Assembly (NCBI RefSeq): GCF_037902255.1
Contig: NZ_CP147990.1
Coordinates: forward strand, 4,140,001-4,172,000
Source of the DNA: Candidatus Electrothrix sp. GW3-4
Lineage (GTDB): Bacteria; Desulfobacterota; Desulfobulbia; Desulfobulbales; Desulfobulbaceae
Direction of reading: 5' to 3'
Length of the DNA: 32,000 bases
The notes under the pieces were generated by a model, which saw nothing but the letters and a program-made list of their open reading frames with translations, was not told the origin of the DNA and searched no databases. The translations under genes and the position numbers were made by a program. This document shows, piece by piece, positions 9,701 through 18,607 of the stretch (positions are counted from its first letter, which is position 1; each line of letters begins with the position of its first letter).

Positions 9701-11152
9701 AAAAGGCATGCTCAAGAGAGTATCCAACCCCTGATTGAAGGATGTAGGTATGGCTTAGAGACAGGAGATCTGGAGTTTGCAGGTATTACCCTTATGCATT
9801 GTTCAAGTTATTTATGTTGGCTGGGGCATCCTCTGCCTATCGTCGAGGAACAACATAAAAAGTTCAGCGGGTTAATGCATCGTTTTAATTTAGAGTACCA
9901 GGCCACCTATCTTACTATCTGGCAACAGATGGTTTTTAACCTGCAAGGGAGGAACAGTATCCCATGCAGATTACAGGGGGAAGTCTTTGATGAAGACGAA
10001 TTGCTTCCGACACTGGTGGAAAACAACTATGGGATGGCCATCTTTGGTGTTTATCTTGCGAAAATCCTGCTTTGTTATCTGTTTAAGGAGATTGATCAGG
10101 CCTTGGACAATGCCCTGCTCGCTGAAAAATATGAGCAGGCAAATACCGGCGTAATGGTCGTTCCCATCTATCAGTTCTACTATTCATTGGCACTTCTGGC
10201 TTCCCTCTCAACCATTCAAGATAACACACAAAAAAACATCCTCCGTCAAATAGAGGCGCATCAGAAACAGATGAAGCTCTGGGCAACTCATGCACCGGAT
10301 AACTTTCAACATCGTTATGCACTGGTAGAAGCAGAAAAAGCACGTTTTCTTGGTAAACCAAAAGCAGGAGAGTGGTATGAGCAGGCCATTCTCCTGGCTG
10401 AAAAAAATAACTATCGAATAGAAGAGGCCTTAGCCTACGAATTGGCTGGTGAATACTACTCGGAACAGGGCATGAAGAAAATTGCCCGAACATTTTTTCA
10501 AGAAGCGCGCTCTTCCTATAGCCGGTGGGGAGCAACTGCAAAGGTACTTCATCTAGAAAATAATCATCCAGAGCTGTTAGATGGTTACAATGATATAAGC
10601 CAAAAGAGTATCCCAGCAACTGCTACCGTGGGCTCCAGCATATTGTCTCCCATTCAGCTGGACCTTACCAGTGTGATAAAGGCATCACAGACGCTGTCCA
10701 AAGAAATTGTGCTCAGCAAATTACTGGCAAACATGATGCGTATTGTCATTGAAAATGCAGGGGCACAAAAAGGGGTATTGCTCTTGCCTCGGAAAAATAA
10801 ATGGTTTATTGAAACAGAAGGGTCTGCTGAGGATGATGAGATAATGGTCCTGCGCTCCCTTTCCCTTGAAGAATATTCTCTACTTCCCCGCACCCTTATT
10901 CATTATATTGCCCGTACCCAAGAAAATGTGGCGCTGTCCAATGCAGCTCAGGAGGGCAATTTTCGTCAAGACCCTTATATTCTCAAAGAACAGTGTAAAT
11001 CCATACTTGGTATGCCGCTGACCAATCAAGGAAAAATCATCGGTATCATATATCTAGAGCATCCTCAAAAAGCTAACCTCTCATACAGGCAATACTGCAA
11101 GACTTGCCTTGGCATTTGTTCAAAGAACGCCAAAAATCGAGCGATAATATGA
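6761..11152 (+). CDS. 5' fragment: Ser/Thr protein kinase + AAA ATPase (COG3899-like) + TPR-like region + most of a GAF domain; the last 31 codons are read-through into the IS
   Basis: The kinase subdomains are visible: VILKMLK (VAIK-like Lys), HKDITPDNIL (HRD-type catalytic loop), IIDFGTA (DFG) and LAYLSPEQ (APE). A Walker A motif, GDSGVGKT, is followed by ILFLDDLQWAD (Walker B). The GAF sequence begins near SQTLSKEIVLSKLLANMM. Native sequence stops at 11058, and the tail HPQKANLSYRQYCKTCLGICSKNAKNRAII is IS-derived. Confidence 0.85.
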   Translation: MLALPQYHVVQQLYESVYSTIYRSIRKEDNQPVILKMLKEEYALPEEISRRKQEYNIITSLSHPGIIKAHGIERYQSTIVIILEDFAGAPLKRVVENQGVTVRDFFPLALQLADSLAYIHAADVIHKDITPDNILMNQETKRLKIIDFGTATRLVYEAPSLQNPEQLQGTLAYLSPEQTGRINRRIDYRTDLYSMGIIFYQLLTGRLPFQSTDALELVHAHIAKIPTPLYELAPHVPRILSDIVMKLLRKNAEERYQSAFGVKADLEKCHDNLSKLQRQPAFTFPLAQDDISGKFQIPQKLYGRKDEVNTLLQAFDRVCQGQTELMLVTGDSGVGKTALVNEIHKPMTKKNGSFVVGKFDQFQRNTPYSGIAMACDTFCRYLLMEHEDILEKWRERILTALGEHAQLLIEIIPTLELITGPQPAVPQVEATDAKNRFSLFFLKFVESLCDKEHPIILFLDDLQWADSDSLLLLKKIITERKIQYLFIIGSYRSHEVSEQHPLLRLLKRLQQGNAVIHTVELHNLRLADIEQLLQDSLGCSREKIASLATLIYQKTQGNAFFTHQFLHVLREEKLLNFSFETHQWQWDIQQIAAKNITDNVVDLLAEKINNLPHETSKLLQLAACIGNSFDFLTLSTCSHRSSADAFPFLWNAMKEGLIQPLNENYKHIQIAAHASFRFSHDKIRQAAYELLPDERKKAVHLQIGRFLLKNAPSSSRLSDTLFDICWHFNQSLDLLSSSDEILAIARLNLQAGQKAKSSMADQIAIKYLEFAKRCLPANHWQEEYDLSLKIYKETIETLFLIGQFAEVEKIAEIILQETVNVSDRIKVFEILIQLYMVKNQMEQALETALLVLTMLGVSLDHAPPEKFSIEEIYTSGEMSNPEQLAAMRILNFAISPAYTVAPEFYPRIVFTMVRLSTTYGNSSLSAFGYTNFASLLCCAFNNIKKGYQTGQAGLWVLEKFSSDALRAKVFASYYVTVHHWKRHAQESIQPLIEGCRYGLETGDLEFAGITLMHCSSYLCWLGHPLPIVEEQHKKFSGLMHRFNLEYQATYLTIWQQMVFNLQGRNSIPCRLQGEVFDEDELLPTLVENNYGMAIFGVYLAKILLCYLFKEIDQALDNALLAEKYEQANTGVMVVPIYQFYYSLALLASLSTIQDNTQKNILRQIEAHQKQMKLWATHAPDNFQHRYALVEAEKARFLGKPKAGEWYEQAILLAEKNNYRIEEALAYELAGEYYSEQGMKKIARTFFQEARSSYSRWGATAKVLHLENNHPELLDGYNDISQKSIPATATVGSSILSPIQLDLTSVIKASQTLSKEIVLSKLLANMMRIVIENAGAQKGVLLLPRKNKWFIETEGSAEDDEIMVLRSLSLEEYSLLPRTLIHYIARTQENVALSNAAQEGNFRQDPYILKEQCKSILGMPLTNQGKIIGIIYLEHPQKANLSYRQYCKTCLGICSKNAKNRAII

Positions 11153-12714
11153 TTCAGCTGGCTGCGTAAAAGTAAAAACCGTGAAAGATATAAATTTTCA
11201 AGCTGTTCCTGCAACTTCCTGAGCAGAACCATCAGATTCATGACCAGGAAGATACAGTTGATCCATGCTTCAGAGGTTCTCTGAAGTTTTGCCCGGATGT
11301 AGTTGAGTCGGTAGCCGTTTTTTCCTTGGCCAAATTTCCCCTCAATGGGGATCCGTTCTCGACTATCCCGAATTCGTTGTGCTTTCAGTTCCCGAAGACG
11401 TTCTTTGTTTTCTTCTGTCTCTTTCGGGGACCTGCCCAATCGTTTACCACCAAATCGAATACCTTTCTCTTTGAGATATTTACGGTTTTCTCTTGTTCCG
11501 TAAATCTGATCAGCCAGTACGACTGCCGGATAGTAACCATTCCGGCGCTTGTAACTCTCCACTTGCTCACGCAAATCCGTGCCTTCGTTGAAGGCATCCC
11601 AACCAATATGATCGACAAAAGCCAAACCATCGACCATGCTCACGCTGAGTTTGGCACCGAACTCCACATTTTTACCTGCTTTCCCACGAACTATCGGTCG
11701 TACATGAGGTTGGGCAATGGAAACAATTCGGTCATCGCAGCGTCGTTTTCGTTTTTTATACATCTCATCCTGCTGGCGATACACATGCTGAATGATCCAA
11801 TACTGTCGTTGTTGCTGATGGGGAAGTGGAAAAGGTGCCGTTTCAACATTGTCAAGCAACTCATCAATATATCGCAGATTTCTTCGGATGTACTGTAATT
11901 GCTGCCGAAGTCCGCGCCGCAGAATTTTTCGGCCTGGTTTCTTTTTCTTAGCCAGATTCAGGTAGTTTTTACGGGCAAGTCTCCGATATGTTCTGGGCTT
12001 TTTGGCGTAGTCACTCTGTTTGTACAGATCATCAATCAGCTGCTCGGAAATCTCACGAGCTTCGTTGAGTAAACTCAGATCAGTCGGGTAACGAATCGCT
12101 TGCTCAGCAACCGTTGCATCGACAAGCATTTTTCCCTTATTTTCAACGGGCTCTTCCTGACTCTCATCCTCTTTTTCGTCTTCATTTGCCGTACTTTTCT
12201 TTGAGAGAGCAAGTTTTTCCAAAATCACTTCTTCAAAAGCAGAAAAAACATCTTTTCCCATGCGCTTGCGAATTTCAACAAACAGGCTGGGAGCTAGAGG
12301 TCGCTTGTCTTGAAAACAAGAAAATCCAACAAAATATTGAAGATAGGGATTCTCCTGGATCTGAAGTACGGTTTCTTCATCACTGAGCGTCAACTTGTGC
12401 TTAATGATTAACGCGCCGATCACCAATCTGGCATCTTTGGCTGGTCGTCCTTGATGCGGGTCCAAAGTTCGATAATATCTGATGGCGAACTCATCCCACG
12501 GAATAACTTTATGCCATTTGATCCATCTGTTTTCAGGGTTCAGTTTACCTCCAAACGGAAGGCTGAATCCTTCAAGTGTAAGCTGTCTGTCACTGGTGTA
12601 CCTGATCATGTGCATGCCTTATGAGGGGGTGAACGTCAAAAACATGCATATTTTACAATATTTTTACAACTTTTTCATTTAAAATCAGTGCACTGAGGCT
12701 TTTTAAGGGCAATC
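11059..12714 (-). mobile_element. IS5/IS1182-type insertion sequence (about 1.66 kb) with imperfect terminal inverted repeats and a 6-8 bp target duplication
   Basis: The direct repeat tatctaga occurs at 11051-11058 and 12715-12722. The last two bases (ga) could instead belong to the IS end, so the boundaries are uncertain by about 2 nt. The ends share an inverted CCT(c/t)AAAAAGC core (left ...catcctcaaaaagc, right gctttttaaggg...). A single DDE transposase ORF fills the element. Confidence 0.85.
11065..12615 (-). CDS. DDE transposase, IS5/IS1182 type (InsH-like N-terminal DUF772 domain + DDE_Tnp_1)
   Basis: A 516-aa ORF. The N-terminus FSLPFGGKLNPENRWIKWHKVIPWDEF...GRPAKDARLVIGALIIKHKLTLSDEETVLQIQENPYLQYFVGF is typical of the InsH N-terminal domain. 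The catalytic signature is LVDATVAEQAIRYPTD ... VVLADQIYGT ... RIPIEGKFGQGKNGYRLNYIRAKL. Confidence 0.9.
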   Translation of the reverse strand: MHMIRYTSDRQLTLEGFSLPFGGKLNPENRWIKWHKVIPWDEFAIRYYRTLDPHQGRPAKDARLVIGALIIKHKLTLSDEETVLQIQENPYLQYFVGFSCFQDKRPLAPSLFVEIRKRMGKDVFSAFEEVILEKLALSKKSTANEDEKEDESQEEPVENKGKMLVDATVAEQAIRYPTDLSLLNEAREISEQLIDDLYKQSDYAKKPRTYRRLARKNYLNLAKKKKPGRKILRRGLRQQLQYIRRNLRYIDELLDNVETAPFPLPHQQQRQYWIIQHVYRQQDEMYKKRKRRCDDRIVSIAQPHVRPIVRGKAGKNVEFGAKLSVSMVDGLAFVDHIGWDAFNEGTDLREQVESYKRRNGYYPAVVLADQIYGTRENRKYLKEKGIRFGGKRLGRSPKETEENKERLRELKAQRIRDSRERIPIEGKFGQGKNGYRLNYIRAKLQRTSEAWINCIFLVMNLMVLLRKLQEQLENLYLSRFLLLRSQLNHIIARFLAFFEQMPRQVLQYCLYERLAF

Positions 12715-12945
12715 TATCTAGAAAATAATTTAACAACAGGGGCCTTTAACCAGCAGCGACTGGAAATACTGACCCTTCTTTCTTCCCAACTTGCTATTTC
12801 CATTAAAAACTCTCTCTTATACAATCAACTGGAGGTAAAGGTCGCTGAAAGAACCCGTGCCTTACAGCAGGAGATAGGGGAACGTAAACGCGCTGAAGAA
12901 AAAGCAAACTCTGCCAGCAAGGCAAAGAGCGATTTTCTCTCCAAT

Positions 12946-14310
12946 ATGAGCCATGAATTTCGAACCCCGCTCAATGTTATCCTCGGGTTTGCCCAAATTC
13001 TGGAACGGGATCACACCATCAGCAAAGAATCCCAGGAGGAGGTATCAACAATCCGCCGCAATGCCCAGCATCTCGTCACCCTTATTAACGAGGTACTGGA
13101 CCTTGCTAAGATTGAATCTGGTCAGGCGACCTTAGATAAATCAAGTTTTGATCTGGATAACTTTCTCGAATCTCTCAAAGAGACCTTTCATCAGCAGGCA
13201 CTGGACAAGGGATTATTTTTTCATATACAAAAAGATGAAAACCAACTTCGCTATATCAAGACTGATGAGGGAAAACTCCGGCAAATTCTTATTAACCTGC
13301 TGGGCAACGCCTTTAAATTTACGAAAACAGGCGGTATTTCCTTACGCGTACGCTCAGCAAAGGAGGAAGGAGATATCCAGATGCTTCACTGTGAAGTTGA
13401 AGATACCGGCATAGGCATTAATCCAACACACCAGAAAAAAATCTTTGCCCCCTTTGTTCAGTCTTCAGCAAGCGTGGATCAAAGCGTTGGTACCGGTTTA
13501 GGGCTTTCCATTACCCAGCAATTTATTGAGTTGATGGGAGGAAATATTGCAATAACCAGTACACCCGGTATAGGATCGACTTTTCGCTTCAAGGTCTCCA
13601 TAGAACAATCTGAACACACAGAGATACAAAGGAGCTCCCGTTCTCTGCGGGTTATAGGTCTTGCTCCGGGACAGAAAATATTTCGCCTCCTTATTGTAGA
13701 AGATGTCCTTGAAAATAGGAGAATCCTGGTTAAATTATTTAACAGTATTGGCTTCAGGGTAAAAGAGGCCTCCAACGGGGCCCAAGGGGTTGAAATATGT
13801 CAAACCTGGTATCCTGATCTCATCTGGATGGACATACGCATGCCAGTTATGGACGGTTATGAGGCAACCCGACAGATAAGAAAAACAAAGATGGGCAAAG
13901 AAGTAGTTATTATAGCCCTGACTGCTCAAGCATTTGGGAATGAACGAAAAAAAACACTCAGAGCTGGCTGTAATGATTGTATCAGTAAGCCATATATGGA
14001 GGAAGAGCTTTTCGCAACCATGAAAAAGCACTTGGGCATTCAATTTATTTATCAGGACGAAGACAAGAAGAAGCAGAGTGATTCAGCTGAACAAGCCAGT
14101 GGTGTCCTTGATCCAAAAATCATTGATAAGTTGCCCGAGGATATGAGGAGTGCGTTACTTGAAGCAACAGCCCAACTAGACCAGGAACGCTTTTTTACCG
14201 TTCTGGAGAAACTTCCTCCCCTTCATAAAAAAATAGCTACCGCTTTACAAGTATTGGCAGAGAACTATCAGTTCGAGGAAATTGAACATATTCTTGGGAG
14301 AAAACAATGA
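12946..14310 (+). CDS. 3' fragment: HisKA - HATPase_c - receiver (REC) - C-terminal helical tail of the interrupted hybrid kinase
   Basis: It has the H-box SHEFRTPLN, an N-box LINLLGNAFKFT, a G1 box EDTGIGI and a G2 box GTGLGLSI. The REC domain runs LLIVEDVLENRR...WMDIRMPVMDGYE...ALTAQ...SKP. The ATG at 12946 sits two codons before the phospho-His and is probably an ORF-caller artefact. The homologous frame is open back to 12715. Confidence 0.85.
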   Translation: MSHEFRTPLNVILGFAQILERDHTISKESQEEVSTIRRNAQHLVTLINEVLDLAKIESGQATLDKSSFDLDNFLESLKETFHQQALDKGLFFHIQKDENQLRYIKTDEGKLRQILINLLGNAFKFTKTGGISLRVRSAKEEGDIQMLHCEVEDTGIGINPTHQKKIFAPFVQSSASVDQSVGTGLGLSITQQFIELMGGNIAITSTPGIGSTFRFKVSIEQSEHTEIQRSSRSLRVIGLAPGQKIFRLLIVEDVLENRRILVKLFNSIGFRVKEASNGAQGVEICQTWYPDLIWMDIRMPVMDGYEATRQIRKTKMGKEVVIIALTAQAFGNERKKTLRAGCNDCISKPYMEEELFATMKKHLGIQFIYQDEDKKKQSDSAEQASGVLDPKIIDKLPEDMRSALLEATAQLDQERFFTVLEKLPPLHKKIATALQVLAENYQFEEIEHILGRKQ

Positions 14311-15392
14311 CAGAGAGCCATATTCAAGGGGATATTCTGATTGTCGATGATTCCCCGGAAAATCTTAAGCTCTTGGCCAAAATACTCACTGCAAATAATT
14401 TCCAGGTCAGAGGGTCGAACAGCGGTCGCTATGCGCTGAAATCCATCAAAAAGAAGCTGCCTGATCTTATTCTCCTTGATATTAATATGCCCGAAATGAA
14501 CGGCTATGAGGTATGCCGCCAACTGAAAAATGATCCTTCAACGGCTGATATTCCGGTCATCTTTATCAGTGGCTTAAAGGACAATGAAAGCAAGATAAAG
14601 GGTTTTGAGGCTGGCGGGGTCGACTATGTCACCAAACCTTTTCAGGCTCAGGAGATACTGGCCAGAGTTCGGACCCATTTATCCATGAGCCGTATGAAGC
14701 ACCATCTGGAGGAAATAGTCCAGGAACGGACAGCCGAGCTTCAGGAGGTCACTGAGCAGATCAAGGCAGCTCTCAAAGAGAAAGAAGTCCTGCTGAAAGA
14801 GATTCATCATCGGGTGAAAAATAATATGGCGATGATGTCCTCCTTTCTCCAGCTTCAGATCCAGCAGGTGACAGATCCTGAGGCCTTACAACGCTTCATT
14901 GACACGAGAAGCCGTATCTACACCATGGCCCTTGTCCATGAAAAGCTCTACCACACCGAAGACTTGAAAAATATAAATATCAAGGAGTTCATTCATGATC
15001 TGGCTGAATCCCTGATATTTTCCTACACGACCTCTCCTCACCAGATAACACTGAACACAGATATCACAGATGTTTCCCTGAATCTTGACCGAGCAATTCC
15101 CTGCGGGCTCATTATTAACGAACTCGTGTCCAATGCCCTGAAACATGCCTTCCCAAAGAACAGGAAGGGAATAATCACCATTGGTTTTGCTACCGACTCT
15201 GAAGAGAAATATATCCTCACTGTCAGTGATGATGGAGTGGGCTTACCCGAGCAAATAAATATTCAGGAAACAGATTCCATTGGCCTGAAGTTAGTCCCTC
15301 TTTTATCAAGCCAACTCGATGGAGAATTTGCAATCGAAGAGGGGCAGGGTGCCTCGAAAAAAGGAACCACCTTCAAAATCGCCTTTCCTTGA
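14307..15392 (+). CDS. response-regulator receiver fused to a HisKA_2/HWE-type histidine kinase (REC - HisKA_2 - HATPase_c)
   Basis: The REC domain reads ILIVDDSPENL...ILLDINMPEMNGYE...FISG...TKP. The HisKA_2 H-box is EIHHRVKNNMAMMSSFLQLQ. The ATPase boxes are NELVSNALKHAF and SDDGVGLP. Its ATG overlaps the upstream stop (ATGA at 14307-14310). Confidence 0.9.
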   Translation: MTESHIQGDILIVDDSPENLKLLAKILTANNFQVRGSNSGRYALKSIKKKLPDLILLDINMPEMNGYEVCRQLKNDPSTADIPVIFISGLKDNESKIKGFEAGGVDYVTKPFQAQEILARVRTHLSMSRMKHHLEEIVQERTAELQEVTEQIKAALKEKEVLLKEIHHRVKNNMAMMSSFLQLQIQQVTDPEALQRFIDTRSRIYTMALVHEKLYHTEDLKNINIKEFIHDLAESLIFSYTTSPHQITLNTDITDVSLNLDRAIPCGLIINELVSNALKHAFPKNRKGIITIGFATDSEEKYILTVSDDGVGLPEQINIQETDSIGLKLVPLLSSQLDGEFAIEEGQGASKKGTTFKIAFP

Positions 15393-15658
15393 AACGAGCA
15401 GAGGACACCTTCTTCGCCCCCCGTACGTGGGGGAATAACCTGTCGTTCGCCCCTGTTTTCCCCCATTTCCGTTGCTGACGAAACATAAAAATTCTCCCTG
15501 TCTTTATCTATTTTCTCAATAACATAACGACAAAAAGAATTTTTTTTGGGAAGTATGATACACTTTTTCAGCTTGGTACTTCACGACCAACAGATGAGGA
15601 AGATCAGGAGTTGTGTCGCGATTACTGGCTATACAAAGCAAGACCTTGCAACAGCTCG

Positions 15659-16342
15659 TCAGACCATCCTTTCCTGCGACCAATCATTATGCTCAAAATC
15701 TGCATGATCTGGTTTTTTCGGCTTAATCTCTTCCATGCGCTGGCGGAGCCAAACCATCACCTTGTCAAACTCAGAGCTCAGCTCCTGCATGGCCTTACCC
15801 CGATGGCTGACCGTACTCTTCTCTTCCATGCCGACCTCAGCAAAAGTCTTGCCAAAATCCTCGTAATAAAAGACCGGATCATAGCCAAATCCTGCCTCTC
15901 CCTGACGCTCTTCTGTAATTTTCCCTTCACAGCTGCCTTCCCAGGTCAGGGCAGGACCGCCGGGGGTGGCTAAAGAAAGAACGCATTGAAAACGGGCGCT
16001 ACGGTCTGTCTTTCCTTTCATCTCTTGCAGGAGCTTTTCACAATTATCCCAGTCAGTAGCATTCTCGCCGCTGTAGCGGGCGGAATAGACGCCAGGGGCC
16101 CCATCAAGGGCATCAACGACCAGGCCGGAATCGTCAGCAAGGGCTGGAACGCCGAGGACCCGTGCGTAATGATAGGCCTTTTTATAGGCATTCTCATCAA
16201 AGGTCTCGCCATCCTCAATAACATCGGGCAAGGGACCGTAATCCTTCAGGCATTTCACTTCAATGGGGAAGTTCTTTACCAACTCTTGAAATTCTTTGAC
16301 CTTATTCTGGTTATTCGTGGCAAGAACAATAATGTTGTTCAT
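15659..16342 (-). CDS. rdgB: non-canonical purine NTP pyrophosphatase (RdgB/HAM1 family) with a C-terminal extension of roughly 25-30 aa
   Basis: The motifs are IVLATNNQNKVKEFQ, DDSGLVVDALDGAPGVYSARY, FGYDPVF and SHRGKA. At 227 aa it is longer than the typical length of about 200 aa. Confidence 0.9.
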   Translation of the reverse strand: MNNIIVLATNNQNKVKEFQELVKNFPIEVKCLKDYGPLPDVIEDGETFDENAYKKAYHYARVLGVPALADDSGLVVDALDGAPGVYSARYSGENATDWDNCEKLLQEMKGKTDRSARFQCVLSLATPGGPALTWEGSCEGKITEERQGEAGFGYDPVFYYEDFGKTFAEVGMEEKSTVSHRGKAMQELSSEFDKVMVWLRQRMEEIKPKKPDHADFEHNDWSQERMV

Positions 16343-16380
16343 CAGTTTATCTCCATAAAAAAGGGATCAGAGGATTGTTT

Positions 16381-16959
16381 TTATTTTTTGTAGTCCCGGC
16401 CCAACGGGCCGGGATGGATTTTTTTCCGCATCTTCTTATCATACCGCTCCTGCTCACTATAGATACACCCACAATACGGCTGGCGATACAGATCCATTGC
16501 AATGGATTGATCAATCCCCTGCTGCCAGCCCTCACGAAAATCCTGATAGAAAAACTGTACGGCAAACTTCCGCGCCAATGCCTCTGATTTTTCCTTAATC
16601 ATGGCATGGCGCTGGTATTTTGAGTAGAGCAGGGTGGTTGTGAAGGCGTCAAAGCCTCCTGCAGCTGCCCGTTCCGCAACAACTTCAAGACGCATATCGT
16701 AGCATATGGAGCACCGCCTGTTTTCATGCAAAACAACCTGGCGAAGATATTCTGTTAAACCGTAGTTACGGTCAATATCGACCTTGAAATCTTTCTTTTC
16801 AGAAAATTCAACCAATGCCTTAATCCGCCGTTTAAACTCACGAAAGGGATGAATATTGGGATTAAAAAAATATCCTTTGACCTCATGCCCCTGGCTGCGC
16901 AGCACCTCCAACGGATAGGCTGTACAGGGACCGCAGCAGACATGGAGCAACACCCTCAT
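16381..16959 (-). CDS. queH: epoxyqueuosine reductase QueH (DUF208 family)
   Basis: The N-terminus [14 protein letters not shown], together with [11 protein letters not shown] and [10 protein letters not shown], gives the conserved Cys pattern of DUF208/QueH. The ORF is 192 aa. Confidence 0.8.
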   Translation of the reverse strand: MRVLLHVCCGPCTAYPLEVLRSQGHEVKGYFFNPNIHPFREFKRRIKALVEFSEKKDFKVDIDRNYGLTEYLRQVVLHENRRCSICYDMRLEVVAERAAAGGFDAFTTTLLYSKYQRHAMIKEKSEALARKFAVQFFYQDFREGWQQGIDQSIAMDLYRQPYCGCIYSEQERYDKKMRKKIHPGPLGRDYKK

Positions 16960-18584
16960 GACCTCACCTTGAACTGCTTCGGATCAATACCGTAATTATG
17001 TATTTTATAATTGATAATCCGAAGACTTGTCTCCAGGCGGGCCGCTGCCTTGGTTTGGTTACCGTTGGTATGCTTGAGTGCATCAATAATCAACTCCCGC
17101 TCAAAGCTCTCCACTGCACCGGATAAAGAGAGCGGACTGTCAGTGCTCACAGAGTCAGAGCTTTGTAAGGTAGGAGGAAGGTGAACCGAGCTTATTGTAT
17201 TGGAGTCACAGATAAGGACAGCTCGTTCCATGCAGTTTTGTAATTCACGAACATTGCCCGGCCAGTGATATTTTATCAATAAGTCAATGGCGGTGGTCGA
17301 GATTCGTTCAATCCGCTTATTATTTTCTTTGCAATATTGCTCGAGAAAATATTCCGCCAGCAGAAGGATATCTGTCCTCCTCTCCCTGAGAGGAGGAAGG
17401 TGAACAGGAAAGACATTGAGTCTGTAATAGAGATCCTCCCGGAAGAGGCCTTCAAGGACGGCTTCCTCAAGATTACGATTGGTGGCCGCAACCAAGCGAA
17501 TATCCGCTTTGATAATTTCAGTTCCCCCGAGACGCTGAAAGCAGCGTTCCTGAATCACATTGAGCAGTTTTATCTGGACAGTGGTGCTTATCTCACCGAT
17601 TTCATCTAAAAAGAGGGTTCCACCTTCTGCTAATTCAAACCGCCCTTTCTTTCGTTGCTCGGCCCCGGTAAAGGCCCCTTTCTCATGGCCGAATAATTCG
17701 CTTTCTAAAAGGTTTTCCGGGAGAGCTGAGCAGTTAACCACCAAAAAGGGTTTGTCTGCCCGACGAGAATTATGATGTAAGGCCTTGGCAACTAAGGACT
17801 TACCTGTTCCAGATTCACCCCGCAGCAGAACCGTGGCATTGGAGTCCGCAACTCGATGGGCCATTTCAAAGACTTCCTGCATCCGTGAAGAATTTCCAAT
17901 AATATCACTGAGGCGATTCTTGGCGGAGAGCTCTCTGCGCAGGCGTTGATTTTCCTGCTGGAGCGCCTCTTTTTCCCTGTTGATAACCTGCACCCTGTGT
18001 ACGGCCTGGGCGATAAGGGCACTTACAATAGTGAGAAAACGCAAATCCTGCTCTGATTGCAGACCAAATTCGTTTTCATAGTAACGAGCAACAGACAAGG
18101 CTCCTATGGACAGATTATCTGACCGGTTATGGAGGTCCTGCGTAAAGATTTTTTGTTTGGAACTTTCAAAAGTAACCTTAATAGGTACGCAGATAAAGGA
18201 ACTTTTCTTTTTCTTCTCGTCATTCCTAATCCCGGTTCTATTGAGAAATAACGGCTCTTCTCCGATTCTGGGGACAATAACCGGTTCTCCGGTGGAAACA
18301 ACTCGACCGGTAATTCCTTCGCCTAATTTATATTTCCCTTTTTTTTGCGCTGTTGCCGTAATCCCGCAGGCAACCTCAATCTCCAGCTCCCTTGTCAGTG
18401 GATTAACGATAGTTACGGTACCGTTTTCCATTTTTTTCATATCTGCCAGCACCCGAACCACCCTGTTCAAACTCTCCTGAAGGTCGGTCCCGGCAGCAAG
18501 AATTTTCGTAATTTCGTAAAGACAGGAGAGATCTTGACGCGCAAGTTCTTGATTTTTTATTGAAGTATCTAAGTCAGTGGTCAT
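16956..18584 (-). CDS. sigma-54-dependent transcriptional activator (GAF - AAA+ sigma-54 interaction domain - Fis-type HTH)
   Basis: It has Walker A GESGTGKS, the GAFTGA motif in [13 protein letters not shown], Walker [11 protein letters not shown], and [10 protein letters not shown]. The C-terminal HTH reads [21 protein letters not shown]. The N-terminal region of about 200 aa is GAF-like. Its stop overlaps the queH start (ATGA). Confidence 0.9.
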   Translation of the reverse strand: MTTDLDTSIKNQELARQDLSCLYEITKILAAGTDLQESLNRVVRVLADMKKMENGTVTIVNPLTRELEIEVACGITATAQKKGKYKLGEGITGRVVSTGEPVIVPRIGEEPLFLNRTGIRNDEKKKKSSFICVPIKVTFESSKQKIFTQDLHNRSDNLSIGALSVARYYENEFGLQSEQDLRFLTIVSALIAQAVHRVQVINREKEALQQENQRLRRELSAKNRLSDIIGNSSRMQEVFEMAHRVADSNATVLLRGESGTGKSLVAKALHHNSRRADKPFLVVNCSALPENLLESELFGHEKGAFTGAEQRKKGRFELAEGGTLFLDEIGEISTTVQIKLLNVIQERCFQRLGGTEIIKADIRLVAATNRNLEEAVLEGLFREDLYYRLNVFPVHLPPLRERRTDILLLAEYFLEQYCKENNKRIERISTTAIDLLIKYHWPGNVRELQNCMERAVLICDSNTISSVHLPPTLQSSDSVSTDSPLSLSGAVESFERELIIDALKHTNGNQTKAAARLETSLRIINYKIHNYGIDPKQFKVRS

Positions 18585-18607
18585 AATGAATCAACATCAG
18601 GAGAATA

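Larger units (their letters stand above)
6761..14310 (+). pseudogene. IS-interrupted giant signalling gene: Ser/Thr kinase - AAA ATPase - helical/TPR-like - GAF - HisKA - HATPase_c - REC hybrid (reconstructs to 1961 codons)
   Basis: The segments 6761-11058 (4298 nt) and 12723-14310 (1588 nt) total 5886 nt, or 1962 codons including the stop, in a single frame. The junction reads GKIIGIIYLE|NNLTTGAFNQQRLEILTLLSSQLAISIKNSLLYNQLE, a typical GAF C-terminus leading into a coiled coil and the H-box. Confidence 0.85.

Noticed and set aside
11059-11152. C-terminal 31 codons of the 1463-aa ORF
   Set aside because: They are read-through into the IS left end and not part of the native kinase. Native homology resumes at 12715.
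11326-11898. 190-aa plus-strand ORF inside the IS
   Set aside because: It is antisense to the well-supported transposase ORF and has no motif support.
15417-15433. GC hairpin cccccc-gtacgt-ggggg after the REC-HisKA_2 gene, as an intrinsic terminator
   Set aside because: No T-tract follows on either strand, so it is not convincing as a Rho-independent terminator.
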